Positions 48,277 to 58,164 of a stretch of 64,000 nucleotides of DNA are shown here, piece after piece. The notes beneath the pieces are model-generated. The model saw nothing but the letters and a program-made list of their open reading frames with translations. It was not told where the DNA came from and did not search any database. Origin of the DNA: Candidatus Tayloriibacteriota bacterium (GTDB lineage Bacteria > Patescibacteriota > Minisyncoccia > Phycocordibacterales > PALSA-1337); the NCBI GenBank assembly GCA_016215455.1, contig JACRJP010000002.1, forward strand, positions 2,809-66,808, given 5' to 3'. The first letter of the stretch is position 1, and each line of letters begins with the position of its first letter. The position numbers were made by a program, and so were the translations under genes.

Positions 48277-49551
48277 TTATTTAGTTATTTTAGAAAGCTT
48301 TCGACGAGCAGCGGCGATAAGAATCTTTTTTGTATTCGTCTCTGGAGAGTCAGGCATTGTCGCTTGTATTTCATCAAGAGTTGCCAGAACAAACCACTTC
48401 ACATTCCCTCCCTTAGTTGCACCAAGTTTTTCTCGGTTGATAAGCTCACTAAGACCAGCAACCATTTCATCAAGCGGCTTACTTCCTACGGTTGTAGTAT
48501 CGATCACGGCCTCGAGTTGATTAGTCACCGCAACCTCTACCATAGCACTGATCTTATCGGCAAAAGCCTTTTGATCGGCTCCGATATCTGACTTTGTATC
48601 CTCCTCAAACTGTTCAAGCTTTTCTAAAAAATTACTTGCTTCATCAACTGCAGGAAGATCGTACCCCTTAGCAAGCGCCTCCATCTTTTTTGTAACGGCA
48701 GCAAGAGCAACATTTTTGATCGCCTCCTCTGACATTAATGTACCAAGAAGTTTTTCATTAACTTTTTTCAATGAAGTATCCTTATCAGCTTTTAGAGAGT
48801 TAAGTTCATCAACACTTGCAAGTTTTTCTTGAATTTTTGCAATAGAAGCTTCGATATTTTTAATTTCATCTTTAATACCGAAAGAAGGTACGATCGGAGC
48901 TTTATCAAAAAAACCTACATCATACCCATACTGAGCCTTAAGAGCAGCTCGAGAATCTTTGTATTCTTTAAATGCTTGTTTTCCTGCACGAAAAGCTCCA
49001 ATGATATCACCTCCCCCGATCCAAAATGAAGAAAGCGGAGCTTTGATAATATTCATACTCGAAGCTTTTTCAAAAGTATCTTTTTTCTGCTCGAGTTGAC
49101 CTATAGTTGCCATGTGCTGCTCAATACCACCAAGATCTTTCACTTGTTGTTCTAGTCCAGCAATATCAGCGGATAAAGTTTCCGCTTCTTCAAAAGTTTT
49201 AATGATATCAAAAACATAATCAGGATTTTCTACCAACTGATCAGTTACATGCTCACGAATACCATTTATTGCTTTTTCAGGAATTTTTACACCCAACCGT
49301 TCACTAAACTCAGTGGTAATAAAACCATTCAACTTATCAATTGCTATAGTACCTTTATCAAACAATTCTTTTTTCTCAAGAATTTTCTCTGGATTTTTAT
49401 CAACATCTTTTACAAGATTTGCTTCAGCAGGATACTTACCAAGAAAAGCAACGAACTGAGGATCATTCAGGGCTTCAAATAATTTTTCTTCATTACTTGC
49501 TTTCTCTGCAGCAATAGCCTCTGGATCTCCGGTTGGTACTTTTGGTGTCAT
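48277..49551 (-). CDS. acidic coiled-coil protein (424 aa), first gene of the ATPase operon
   Basis: Long heptad-like stretches (LEQQVKDLGGIEQHMATIGQLEQKKD...). No enzymatic motif. Confidence 0.45.
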   Translation of the reverse strand: MTPKVPTGDPEAIAAEKASNEEKLFEALNDPQFVAFLGKYPAEANLVKDVDKNPEKILEKKELFDKGTIAIDKLNGFITTEFSERLGVKIPEKAINGIREHVTDQLVENPDYVFDIIKTFEEAETLSADIAGLEQQVKDLGGIEQHMATIGQLEQKKDTFEKASSMNIIKAPLSSFWIGGGDIIGAFRAGKQAFKEYKDSRAALKAQYGYDVGFFDKAPIVPSFGIKDEIKNIEASIAKIQEKLASVDELNSLKADKDTSLKKVNEKLLGTLMSEEAIKNVALAAVTKKMEALAKGYDLPAVDEASNFLEKLEQFEEDTKSDIGADQKAFADKISAMVEVAVTNQLEAVIDTTTVGSKPLDEMVAGLSELINREKLGATKGGNVKWFVLATLDEIQATMPDSPETNTKKILIAAARRKLSKITK

Positions 49552-49590
49552 AATTATCTGCTTAAGTATATGCAGAAATTATATCACAAT

Positions 49591-50355
49591 CTATACAGTC
49601 AATATCTCAGCATCACCCTTTGTAATCAGGATAGTATGTTCAAAATGAGCACTTGGCTTACCATCTTTTGTCTTATAGGTATAACCATCCTTATCAAGAA
49701 ATACCTTATGAGTCCCTAAATTGAGCATAGGTTCAATAGCAAGCACCATACCAGGAACAAGCTTAGGACCTGTCTTTGGTTCACCATAGTTAGGTACATA
49801 TGGATCTTCGTGTACTTTATACCCCACACCATGACCCACAAGCTCTTCAATAAGGCCGTAACCATATGGCAATGCTGTTCGTTCAATAGCGGAACCAATA
49901 TCCCCTACAGTCTTTCCTGCTTTTGCTGCTTTGATACCAGCCATGAGTGCTGCTTTAGTAACACTGAGTAATCGTTCAACATCAGTACTAATTTTTCCAA
50001 CGGGAACGGTAACAGCAGCATCTGTAAAAAGACCTCCGTGAATAAGTCCGAGATCAATACTTACAATATCCCCCTCTTTCAAAATATGCTCTGTTCCTGG
50101 AAGACCGTGAACTACTTCGTCATTAATCGAAGTACAGATACTCGCAGGATATGGATAGGCTGCACCCTCTGGTTGATAGCCGAGAAATGATGAGGTATCG
50201 CCTCCTTCTTTGATGAGAGTAAACGCAAGATCATCAAGTTCTTTTGTTGAAACGCCCGGTGCTACTTTTGCAGTAATAGCCTTAAGAATTTCGGCATGAC
50301 GTTTACCACCCTCTCGTAGAATTCGTATATCGTCTTTTGTCTTAATAGTAATCAT
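49591..50355 (-). CDS. map: methionine aminopeptidase, type I
   Basis: 254 aa with the conserved metal-ligand D, D, H, E, E pattern and the MetAP-I consensus. Confidence 0.9.
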   Translation of the reverse strand: MITIKTKDDIRILREGGKRHAEILKAITAKVAPGVSTKELDDLAFTLIKEGGDTSSFLGYQPEGAAYPYPASICTSINDEVVHGLPGTEHILKEGDIVSIDLGLIHGGLFTDAAVTVPVGKISTDVERLLSVTKAALMAGIKAAKAGKTVGDIGSAIERTALPYGYGLIEELVGHGVGYKVHEDPYVPNYGEPKTGPKLVPGMVLAIEPMLNLGTHKVFLDKDGYTYKTKDGKPSAHFEHTILITKGDAEILTV

Positions 50356-50948
50356 GAGAATTTTGCGATATGTTCCACAATATCAGCATGCACTACATCA
50401 ATAGGTCGATCACCATTAATTTCTATAAAATTATAATGTGGATTATTACGATAATACTCAATAGTAGGAATCACATTAGAATCAAACCATGTCAGACGTT
50501 CTTCAATTTCCTCTTTATGATCATCACCACGACCTCGAGCAAGAAGTCGCTCGACTGAAGTGCTTTTTGGTACATTAATATACACAACAAAAGGTTTTGA
50601 AAGATTATAGAAACCAAATAGTGAATGAAGAACACCCGCTTCGTGCACTTTGCGTGGTGTACCATCAATAATGAGATGTTCTCCACCAGTATATGATTGA
50701 ATCATTCGATTTGCCCACATATAGATCATCAAAAATTCTGGTTCGAGATCCCCTCGATCATATATTTCTTTAGCAAAGCGTTGTGTCACACCATCATGGG
50801 CAATAAACTCACGAAGTTCACTTCCACTCTGTAAGTAAAGAACTCTCTTTTCGTTAGAATTTTTCTTGAGATACTCGGAAAGAAGCGTACCCTGCGTACC
50901 CTTCCCACACCCTGAACGACCCATAAGAATAATAGCTGTTTGATGCAT
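50352..50948 (-). CDS. adk: adenylate kinase
   Basis: P-loop GRSGCGKGTQG and LID/NMP-binding motifs. It overlaps the map start by 4 nt. Confidence 0.85.
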   Translation of the reverse strand: MHQTAIILMGRSGCGKGTQGTLLSEYLKKNSNEKRVLYLQSGSELREFIAHDGVTQRFAKEIYDRGDLEPEFLMIYMWANRMIQSYTGGEHLIIDGTPRKVHEAGVLHSLFGFYNLSKPFVVYINVPKSTSVERLLARGRGDDHKEEIEERLTWFDSNVIPTIEYYRNNPHYNFIEINGDRPIDVVHADIVEHIAKFS

Positions 50949-51182
50949 ACACCCTAGTATAGCCTAAATATATCAAAAAAGTAAGAAAATAGGCCTAAAA
51001 ATAGCCTCTTATATGAGTTTTCCACAGTATCCACATTGAGTGGATAAGTCTTTACTTGACGAGGGTAAGTATGGTATAATACGCCTAGACACGCAGAACT
51101 TCGAAAGTTCACCCGATTCGCACCTGTAGTGCGTCTTGACTGTGTCTTGTCTCAACCTCAACATAACGAAAGGACCGAAGCC

Positions 51183-52154
51183 ATGAAACGCTTCCTTCTC
51201 ATCGTGAGCCTCGCGCTCACACTCGGTATCGCTGGGGTTGCACAAACCCCTTCTAGCAACTCGGTCTCTCTCGCAACTCAGCTCCCTCTCGGGACCGCTG
51301 AGCGGCTTGAGGAGAATGCGCGTTCGCGCATTACTTACCTGACCGTATTCCTCTGGTTCACTGACTCGACCAAACTGATCAAGGAGTTCACTCCTGTGAG
51401 GTTTGATTCGACCAGTGAAGACCTCGAGACCTTTGTTCCTCGAGTCCTTGGAGAAAAGCTTGCGCTTCTCAACAGTCTCGCTATCACCAATACGGGGCGG
51501 CCTATACAGCTCGCCTACAAGTTTGTTGATAGTCGACTCATCATGCTGTTTTTTGGCACAGCTGAATTCACGTTGGAAAACCGCAACGGACAGTGCTCTG
51601 CACCGCTCGATGTGGAATACAACTGGCAGCTGCGCCCAGGATACGCTACTGGGTTTGGGATGCATGTCCCTGGGATTGTGAAGGCACATCTTGTTGCCCA
51701 AGACGGGACAAACACACTCTTTGACAAGGAGATCGATCGGAACACCAACGACAATGGGTTCGGAATCATGTCGACCATCGACTATCTCTTTCTCCCTCCT
51801 GAAGCCATCACCAATGGCTACAACGGAGAGTTGACGATATGGGTCAAGGACGGCAGTGACCCAAGTGGTCTCAGAATGGCGACCTACGACCTCCAAACAG
51901 GGGTTCGAACGTCTCCCATTCATCTGACCATGACCGCCTACTATCAAGGGGTCACGATCAAGATCACTGGGTCTCCAGGAAAGTCGGTAGCGCTTTGCCG
52001 CTCTACCACTCTTGGGGAGACACCTACAGTCTTTCAAACATTCATCTTGGACAGTGGTGGTGCCACCACTGTCCACATCAGCACAGAGGACACTGACTCT
52101 GTCACCGGATTCTTCAGCGCAAAGTATGTCGCAAGCGACAGTGCTAAGCGTTGA
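51183..52154 (+). CDS. hypothetical secreted protein in a GC-rich islet between adk and secY
   Basis: AAAGGA Shine-Dalgarno sequence before the ATG. Signal peptide MKRFLLIVSLALTLGIAGVAQ. Followed by a strong terminator. The antisense 355-aa ORF is treated as a shadow. Confidence 0.5.
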   Translation: MKRFLLIVSLALTLGIAGVAQTPSSNSVSLATQLPLGTAERLEENARSRITYLTVFLWFTDSTKLIKEFTPVRFDSTSEDLETFVPRVLGEKLALLNSLAITNTGRPIQLAYKFVDSRLIMLFFGTAEFTLENRNGQCSAPLDVEYNWQLRPGYATGFGMHVPGIVKAHLVAQDGTNTLFDKEIDRNTNDNGFGIMSTIDYLFLPPEAITNGYNGELTIWVKDGSDPSGLRMATYDLQTGVRTSPIHLTMTAYYQGVTIKITGSPGKSVALCRSTTLGETPTVFQTFILDSGGATTVHISTEDTDSVTGFFSAKYVASDSAKR

Positions 52155-52195
52155 ATCAGGGGGAAGCTATCGGAGCTGACCCTTTTTATTTTAAA

Positions 52196-52227
52196 CAAAA
52201 AAACAGACCTCTGGTCTGTTTTTTTAA
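52196..52227. terminator. bidirectional rho-independent terminator
   Basis: A8 run, stem ACAGACC/GGTCTGT with loop TCT, then T8 run. Confidence 0.65.
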
Positions 52228-52244
52228 CTCTATGTATTAATAGA

Positions 52245-54290
52245 TTAGAATTCTTCGATTGCCGGATCAACAGCTGTCACATCAATCGTCCTCCACACGT
52301 TACCACCCGCCCCAGCAGAATACTGGCATCGCATTTCATATCGAACCTGTCGAGCAGATTGTGTAATAGGTGTCTCTGCAGAATATACTGAGAAATCTTT
52401 ACTACTGTTATCCTGCCAAGCTGAATTTGATGTACTATTCCACACATTACATCCAAGGTTAAAACTACCAGACGAAGATGTCATCTCACCGAACAACTTA
52501 AATGGCTTATTCTTCTTCACTCTAAGAGTTCCTGTTGTTCCATTGAGTGAGTATTCAGACTTACCCTTAAGAACAAAGTTTGGAGTTGCAGAAGGACTTG
52601 TAACAGATATCGAACCACAAGCAAGTGATGAAGACTCTCCAGGTGTAGCTGATGTATCTCGTGCTTTAACCTGGAATGAGTGTGTTACTGGAGTCGAGTT
52701 AGTGTAGGTAAATATCTTTGATGGTGAAGACGTGTATGCACTCCATACCCCACTTTCATCTGTCCATGAATATTGATATGTACCATTACCTCCACTTGCT
52801 CCTGAAGCAGTTACCGTAACATCATACGGTGAACTCGATGTTGTACGTGTTGTTGGACTTACTGAACAAGAACCAACTGTTACAGATCTTAATCCTGTAC
52901 ATGGATTTTGCGGACCAGTGACGATAAACTCATTCGAAGAGAAAGAAGGATACTCAACATTTGAAATCACTGGAACAATCTTATATGTATATGGTGTACC
53001 AACAACAAGTGATGATGTATCGGTGTATGTCAGACCAGAAACACTCGCTAATGCTGTTGTTGGATATGTAGCGTCTGTTCCAAGCTTTCTATACACCTTA
53101 TATGTCGCAGTTCCTGAGTATGCATCCGTCCATGTTAATGTCACTGACGGCACAGCAGGACTCACACATTGATTTCCTCCAAGAGTTGAACCATTCAATT
53201 CAGGACCCTTAGATACTGTTACGTTAAATGTTGTTGTTTTAGTAATTGCAGGTGTACCGCCAGAAGTAGACGATGTACTTGAGCATGTAAAGCCTGTACT
53301 TGCATTTATCTCATTTCCCGTCAACGTCCAGTTATTAGTACCACACATAGCATTTGCTCGAGATCGTCGCCATTCTACAACAGTTCGTGATCCTGCGGAT
53401 GGATTGAGGTATGCATTTGAACCAACAACCTTACAATCCCCTTCATCGAAGTTAATACACTTTGTTGATTGAAAACCACCGGCTTCATAATCAGTTTTTG
53501 GATTAAACCCTGATTCGCTACTACAACCAAAGTAGAAACCGTCGTACTGATGATTTCCAGGATTACCATCAGAACCTGTCTGCCACACAATCGAACAAGG
53601 AGTAGTCGCTCCAGCGGTAACTGTAGTACCACTTGTAGCTGGCACAGTACCTGTAACAGTGACAGTGTACGTACCAAGTAGTGTATCTGACGAAGTGAGA
53701 AGCTTAAGATGCGAATTACTTGCTGGATTTGCCGGCAAGACTGGATTCGTACTGAAAGGTGCGACCAGAGGATCGATTTGTAATCCTGTTGTTGTATTCA
53801 AACGATTAGCACCTGATGTATCACCTACGAGCACAGCAGAGGTAACTGCTAGTGTAACGTTTTTTGATAGTGTTGAATCGGCGGATAGTAAGGTATTGAT
53901 CACTTCATCAATAGCATTCCCTGCTGTAACACTCTTATTTCCATCATTAGTTAAAGAGAAATCAAACACCGGTGTGGTAGTAACAACCTCAGACGTTGAA
54001 AAAGTAACAGACTGACAATAGAGACTGCCGACAGTACTGTAACTTCCTCCCATGTTGTATAAAGTAAAACCAACCATGACTGACCCAGAAGGACACGAAG
54101 AGTTTTGCTGGTATGTAGTGTTCGTTGTTCCTCCCCACGCACTTTCAACAACGGGCTTATTTTCATAACTCGTAACAGGACCTAGGATAAATGTCTGGCT
54201 CTGAGCTAAAACATGAGGTATCTGCGAACCACCCAACACACAAAGTGCCAAAGCTATAACAACCGACGAAAATATTTTTTTTAGTTTCAT
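52245..54290 (-). CDS. large secreted Ser/Thr-rich beta protein with an N-terminal ~60-aa Cys-pair domain
   Basis: Signal peptide. Domain ...VVESAWGGTTNTTYQQNSSCPSGSVMVGFTLYNMGGSYSTVGSLYC..., then about 550 aa that are Thr/Ser/Gly-rich. Confidence 0.5.
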   Translation of the reverse strand: MKLKKIFSSVVIALALCVLGGSQIPHVLAQSQTFILGPVTSYENKPVVESAWGGTTNTTYQQNSSCPSGSVMVGFTLYNMGGSYSTVGSLYCQSVTFSTSEVVTTTPVFDFSLTNDGNKSVTAGNAIDEVINTLLSADSTLSKNVTLAVTSAVLVGDTSGANRLNTTTGLQIDPLVAPFSTNPVLPANPASNSHLKLLTSSDTLLGTYTVTVTGTVPATSGTTVTAGATTPCSIVWQTGSDGNPGNHQYDGFYFGCSSESGFNPKTDYEAGGFQSTKCINFDEGDCKVVGSNAYLNPSAGSRTVVEWRRSRANAMCGTNNWTLTGNEINASTGFTCSSTSSTSGGTPAITKTTTFNVTVSKGPELNGSTLGGNQCVSPAVPSVTLTWTDAYSGTATYKVYRKLGTDATYPTTALASVSGLTYTDTSSLVVGTPYTYKIVPVISNVEYPSFSSNEFIVTGPQNPCTGLRSVTVGSCSVSPTTRTTSSSPYDVTVTASGASGGNGTYQYSWTDESGVWSAYTSSPSKIFTYTNSTPVTHSFQVKARDTSATPGESSSLACGSISVTSPSATPNFVLKGKSEYSLNGTTGTLRVKKNKPFKLFGEMTSSSGSFNLGCNVWNSTSNSAWQDNSSKDFSVYSAETPITQSARQVRYEMRCQYSAGAGGNVWRTIDVTAVDPAIEEF

Positions 54291-54313
54291 AATAGTAATA
54301 TGTTATAGACGTA

Positions 54314-54952
54314 TTAAGGCTCTTGTGTATTTCTAAGTCGAGTTCTGTATCCATCGACATATCCAGAATCAGTCGAATTATCAATATAATCACCTGTTGT
54401 AGTTGTCTGGGGACTATCACCAACAGTACCCGTTGTACTACCTGTACCTGTAGCAGGAATTACATCTTTTGCTGACAATACTTCACGACAATACAACATT
54501 CCAGCTGTACTATAGTTGTCACCCATATTGATAAGATTAAAACCAACTAATACTGAACCATCAGAACATCTAGCATTTTGAATCTGCTCATCTGTCGTTG
54601 CAGGGCCACCCCATGGGTTTTCAATAACAAATTTCTGTTGAGCGACAATTGGTCCAAAATTTAATGCAACAGTCTTACAATACAAACTACCAACAACACT
54701 ATAATTTGAACCGACGTTAAGGAGGTTAAAGCCGACCAAGACTGATCCGTCAGGACAAGAAGACGCAGCTATCTGGGTTGTATTACCAGCAGCTCCCCAT
54801 GGACTTTCAATGACATTTTTATCATATCGAACAAGAGGACCAAAGTTCGTAGAACTTGTCTGAGCAATTGCATATGACGCACCAGTATAACTGGCAATAA
54901 AAACCCCTACCAATATCACTGCTTTGAAAATTTTTGTTGTATCGTGGCTCAT
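54314..54952 (-). CDS. secreted protein with two tandem copies of the same Cys-pair domain
   Basis: Signal peptide. ...ESPWGAAGNTTQIAASSCPDGSVLVGFNLLNVGSNYSVVGSLYC... and ...ENPWGGPATTDEQIQNARCSDGSVLVGFNLINMGDNYSTAGMLYC... Confidence 0.5.
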   Translation of the reverse strand: MSHDTTKIFKAVILVGVFIASYTGASYAIAQTSSTNFGPLVRYDKNVIESPWGAAGNTTQIAASSCPDGSVLVGFNLLNVGSNYSVVGSLYCKTVALNFGPIVAQQKFVIENPWGGPATTDEQIQNARCSDGSVLVGFNLINMGDNYSTAGMLYCREVLSAKDVIPATGTGSTTGTVGDSPQTTTTGDYIDNSTDSGYVDGYRTRLRNTQEP

Positions 54953-54971
54953 ATTTTTCTTGAATTAGTGA

Positions 54972-55331
54972 TTAATGTGTATTTAGAGCAGTGATAATCA
55001 AATGCTTCTCTGTATCATTGAGTACCCTAGAGAGGCTTGCATATGCATCCAATATAGCTCGACGTTCACTTGGATAGAGAGGTTGTTGACCAACAGTAGC
55101 TACACGCGCAAGTATAGCCGCCTTTGTATCAGCAGTCTTTTGTTGTGGAGTAATAGTTAACCACTTGAGATCAGGCCGTGGTGTTGCTGGTGGATAACTG
55201 ACTACCGGTCCAGTATCAAAACTATTTTCATCAGTTGAAAAATTCCAATAAGAGTACCCTGCCCCTATCAAACACGCTACGAGTAATATAACGAGTATAA
55301 CCAACCTATGGTGTAGTGAATGATCTTGCAT
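54972..55331 (-). CDS. hypothetical signal-anchored protein
   Basis: 119 aa with an N-terminal TM helix. Confidence 0.4.
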   Translation of the reverse strand: MQDHSLHHRLVILVILLVACLIGAGYSYWNFSTDENSFDTGPVVSYPPATPRPDLKWLTITPQQKTADTKAAILARVATVGQQPLYPSERRAILDAYASLSRVLNDTEKHLIITALNTH

Positions 55332-55403
55332 AAGAACATTGTAACAAAAATCCCCATTGACTGGGGATTTTTGTTTGTGGATAACAAGAGAAACGATGTG
55401 TTT

Positions 55404-56675
55404 CTAATATTCTCGCATTGACGCCTGAGCATCGATTCGCTTGATGAGATCAAGTACTACTGACACCACAATGAGAAGTGCTGTACCGCCAATATTGAGT
55501 GCAGTGTTACCTGTCACTCCCTGCATGATAACAGGAAGAATCGCAATAATACCGAGGAATAATGCACCAACAAGAGTGATTCTTGTTACGATCTTTCCAA
55601 GATATTCTGATGTAGCTTCACCTGGACGTACTCCTGGAATGAATGCACCTCCCTTCTGTAGGTTTGTTGAAATCTGTACTGGATCAAATGTTACTGCAGT
55701 ATAGAAGTAAGTAAACACAAACACAAAGAAGAAGTACACAATTCCATGGAACCACTGATTGTTTAAGAATACCGTTACCTGACTTGCGATATCAGCAATT
55801 TGAGTATTTGATGATTGAGCAAGGAAGTTGGTAATGATCTGTGGCAAAAGGAGGATTGAGAGTGCGAAGATAATCGGAATAACTCCTGATTGATTCAATC
55901 GAAGAGGAATGTATGTTGATACACCTCCGTACACTTTATTTCCTCGAACTTGCTTTGCATACGTAACAGGAATTGGTCGTTCAGCTTCAGTTACAATTAC
56001 CACTGCTGCGATAATCGCAACAGCTGCTACAAGGAAACCGAGGTACAAAGGAATTTGTCCTGGATCAAATGTACTCACGAACTGTGCAATGTGTGTTGGA
56101 AGTACCGCTACGATACCAGCAAAGATGATGAGTGAAACTCCGTTTCCGATGCCGAATTCAGAGATAAGTTCACCGATCCACATAAGGAGCACAGAACCTG
56201 CTGTAACAACGAATACGTTGACAAAGAATTCAAGACCGGTAAATGCTGGAATGATATTCTGATTTTGCAAAAGTGTAAGGAACCCAAATGCCTGAAGAAA
56301 AGCGAGGGGTACACTCAAGTATCGAGAGTATTGAGAGAACTTGAGACGTCCTGCCTCCCCTTCTTCTTGGTACATTGCCTTAAGCTTTGGTGACATCATC
56401 GTAAAGAGCTGCATGATAATCGATGCAGTAATGTACGGACTCACACCGAGCATAACGATTGAAAGTCGTGATATACCTCCTCCTGAGAAGATATCAAGAA
56501 GTCCAAGAAACTGGTTACCATCAAGCAATTGTCCAAGTCGTAATGCATCAATACTTGGAATTGGAATCGCTGACAGAAGTCGGAAACCGATAAGTGCAGC
56601 AACAGTGAAAATGATACGAAGTCGCATTGATCGATCATTGAGCACCACTCCAAGTTTTTGGAAAAAGTTTTTCAT
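55404..56675 (-). CDS. secY: preprotein translocase subunit SecY
   Basis: 423 aa with 10 TM helices. Matches the SecY consensus. Confidence 0.9.
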   Translation of the reverse strand: MKNFFQKLGVVLNDRSMRLRIIFTVAALIGFRLLSAIPIPSIDALRLGQLLDGNQFLGLLDIFSGGGISRLSIVMLGVSPYITASIIMQLFTMMSPKLKAMYQEEGEAGRLKFSQYSRYLSVPLAFLQAFGFLTLLQNQNIIPAFTGLEFFVNVFVVTAGSVLLMWIGELISEFGIGNGVSLIIFAGIVAVLPTHIAQFVSTFDPGQIPLYLGFLVAAVAIIAAVVIVTEAERPIPVTYAKQVRGNKVYGGVSTYIPLRLNQSGVIPIIFALSILLLPQIITNFLAQSSNTQIADIASQVTVFLNNQWFHGIVYFFFVFVFTYFYTAVTFDPVQISTNLQKGGAFIPGVRPGEATSEYLGKIVTRITLVGALFLGIIAILPVIMQGVTGNTALNIGGTALLIVVSVVLDLIKRIDAQASMREY

Positions 56676-57118
56676 TATTTTTTAACTGAACCACCTGCTT
56701 TTTCAATTTTTGCTTGTACTGCCTTTGAAACGAGGCATCCAGTTACAGTTAATTTCTTTGTAAGATCTCCTGTTCCCAAGAGTTTAATCTGTGGAACTTT
56801 ACCTTTGACGGTACTAACAAGTTTCTTTTCGATGAGTGTTGCTGGAGATACAGTATCCCCTGCTGCGAATGTTGCTTCGAGATCACCAATGTTGATAACG
56901 AATGGCTTTATTTCAAAACCTTTCAAACTGTTTACTCCTCGGCCTCGAAGCTTAGGAATTCGTTTGATAAAGTCTCGCATTTCTGGACGCTTCTTGTGTC
57001 CAGCTCGAGCGTTCTGACCTTTTGTTCCTCGGCCAGCTGTCTTTCCTCGACGACCACCACGACCCACAATCATCTTTGGCTTATTTTTTGTAACAGGTTT
57101 AAGAGTATGAAGTTGCAT
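56675..57118 (-). CDS. rplO: 50S ribosomal protein L15
   Basis: MQLHTLKP...GRGGRRGKTAGRGTKGQ..., a Gly/Arg-rich L15 N-terminus. Confidence 0.9.
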   Translation of the reverse strand: MQLHTLKPVTKNKPKMIVGRGGRRGKTAGRGTKGQNARAGHKKRPEMRDFIKRIPKLRGRGVNSLKGFEIKPFVINIGDLEATFAAGDTVSPATLIEKKLVSTVKGKVPQIKLLGTGDLTKKLTVTGCLVSKAVQAKIEKAGGSVKK

Positions 57119-57123
57119 GGTAG

Positions 57124-57783
57124 TTATTTAGTCACTGACTTATCCGTTGCTAATGTAGCGACCTTTGAATGTTTTGTGATTTTGCCGAGAGCAAGAACGG
57201 CTGCTCGAGCATTGTTAACTTTATTTTTACTTCCTGAGAAGAGTTTTGCACATACATCCTTAACTCCTCCGAGTTCAAGAACGTTTCGTACAGAACTTCC
57301 AGCAATGACTCCTCGTCCCTTAGCTGGCATGATCATTACTCGAGCTGAGGTGAATTTTGCTTCAACTGCATGTGCAATTGAACCTGATGGGGTTGTAACA
57401 ACCTTAATCATATTCTTCTTAGCATCTCGAGTTGCCTTATCAATAGCAAGAGATGTATCCCCTGCCTTTCCAAGACCAACACCTACGCGACCCTTTCGAT
57501 CACCAGCAACGACAGCAACACTGAAACTAAATCGTCGTCCTCCTGATGCAACTCGAGTCACTCGGCGAATACTGATAATCTTTGAATCGAACTCTGGCTT
57601 TACTCGTTCTTTATCTCCACGGCCTGTGCCTGGCTTTCGAGGACCTCGGCGAAAACCGCCCTGTCCATCACGAGGTGCACCATATGAACCACGGCCTGCT
57701 GGAGCTGCTGTAGTCGCTACAGGTGCTACTGGAGCCTTTGTTTCTGCACTCTCTACTGTATTTGGTGTAGTATTTGTATCCAT
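57124..57783 (-). CDS. rpsE: 30S ribosomal protein S5 (with an N-terminal low-complexity extension)
   Basis: S5 core ...IISIRRVTRVASGGRRFSFSVAVVAGDRKGRVGVGLGKA... Confidence 0.9.
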   Translation of the reverse strand: MDTNTTPNTVESAETKAPVAPVATTAAPAGRGSYGAPRDGQGGFRRGPRKPGTGRGDKERVKPEFDSKIISIRRVTRVASGGRRFSFSVAVVAGDRKGRVGVGLGKAGDTSLAIDKATRDAKKNMIKVVTTPSGSIAHAVEAKFTSARVMIMPAKGRGVIAGSSVRNVLELGGVKDVCAKLFSGSKNKVNNARAAVLALGKITKHSKVATLATDKSVTK

Positions 57784-57788
57784 AATAG

Positions 57789-58139
57789 TTAGAATTTAAG
57801 GCCGCCCTCACGTGCTCCGTCAGCGACAGCTTTAATTTTACCTGTATAAAGATAGCCTCCTCGATCGAAGACGACCTTCTCGATCTTTGCTGCGAGACCC
57901 TTCTTTGCAATATTCACACCTACTTCTTTTGCTTGTTCTGCTTTACCCTTCAACTTTGAATCGATTGAAGAAGCTGCTGCAAGAGTGTTTCCCTTCTCAT
58001 CGTCGATAAGCTGAGCATACACATATTTGTTTGATTTAAATACTGACAATCGAGGGATTGCTGCAGTACCTGAAATCACTGAACGAATACGTCGGTGACG
58101 TCGCTCAATGTTTGTTAGTTTTTTTATAAGATTACTCAT
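57789..58139 (-). CDS. rplR: 50S ribosomal protein L18
   Basis: Motif ...[22 protein letters not shown]... Confidence 0.9.
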   Translation of the reverse strand: MSNLIKKLTNIERRHRRIRSVISGTAAIPRLSVFKSNKYVYAQLIDDEKGNTLAAASSIDSKLKGKAEQAKEVGVNIAKKGLAAKIEKVVFDRGGYLYTGKIKAVADGAREGGLKF

Positions 58140-58164
58140 GATAGTTAATTAGGTTATATAAGGA

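Noticed and set aside
51009-52076. 355-aa minus-strand ORF fully overlapping the plus-strand gene 51183..52154
   Set aside because: It is a shadow ORF caused by the high GC of the islet. The plus-strand frame has an AAAGGA RBS and a clean signal peptide (MKRFLLIVSLALTLG…), and it ends at a strong terminator. The minus-strand translation is Arg/Cys/Gly-rich and has no start context.
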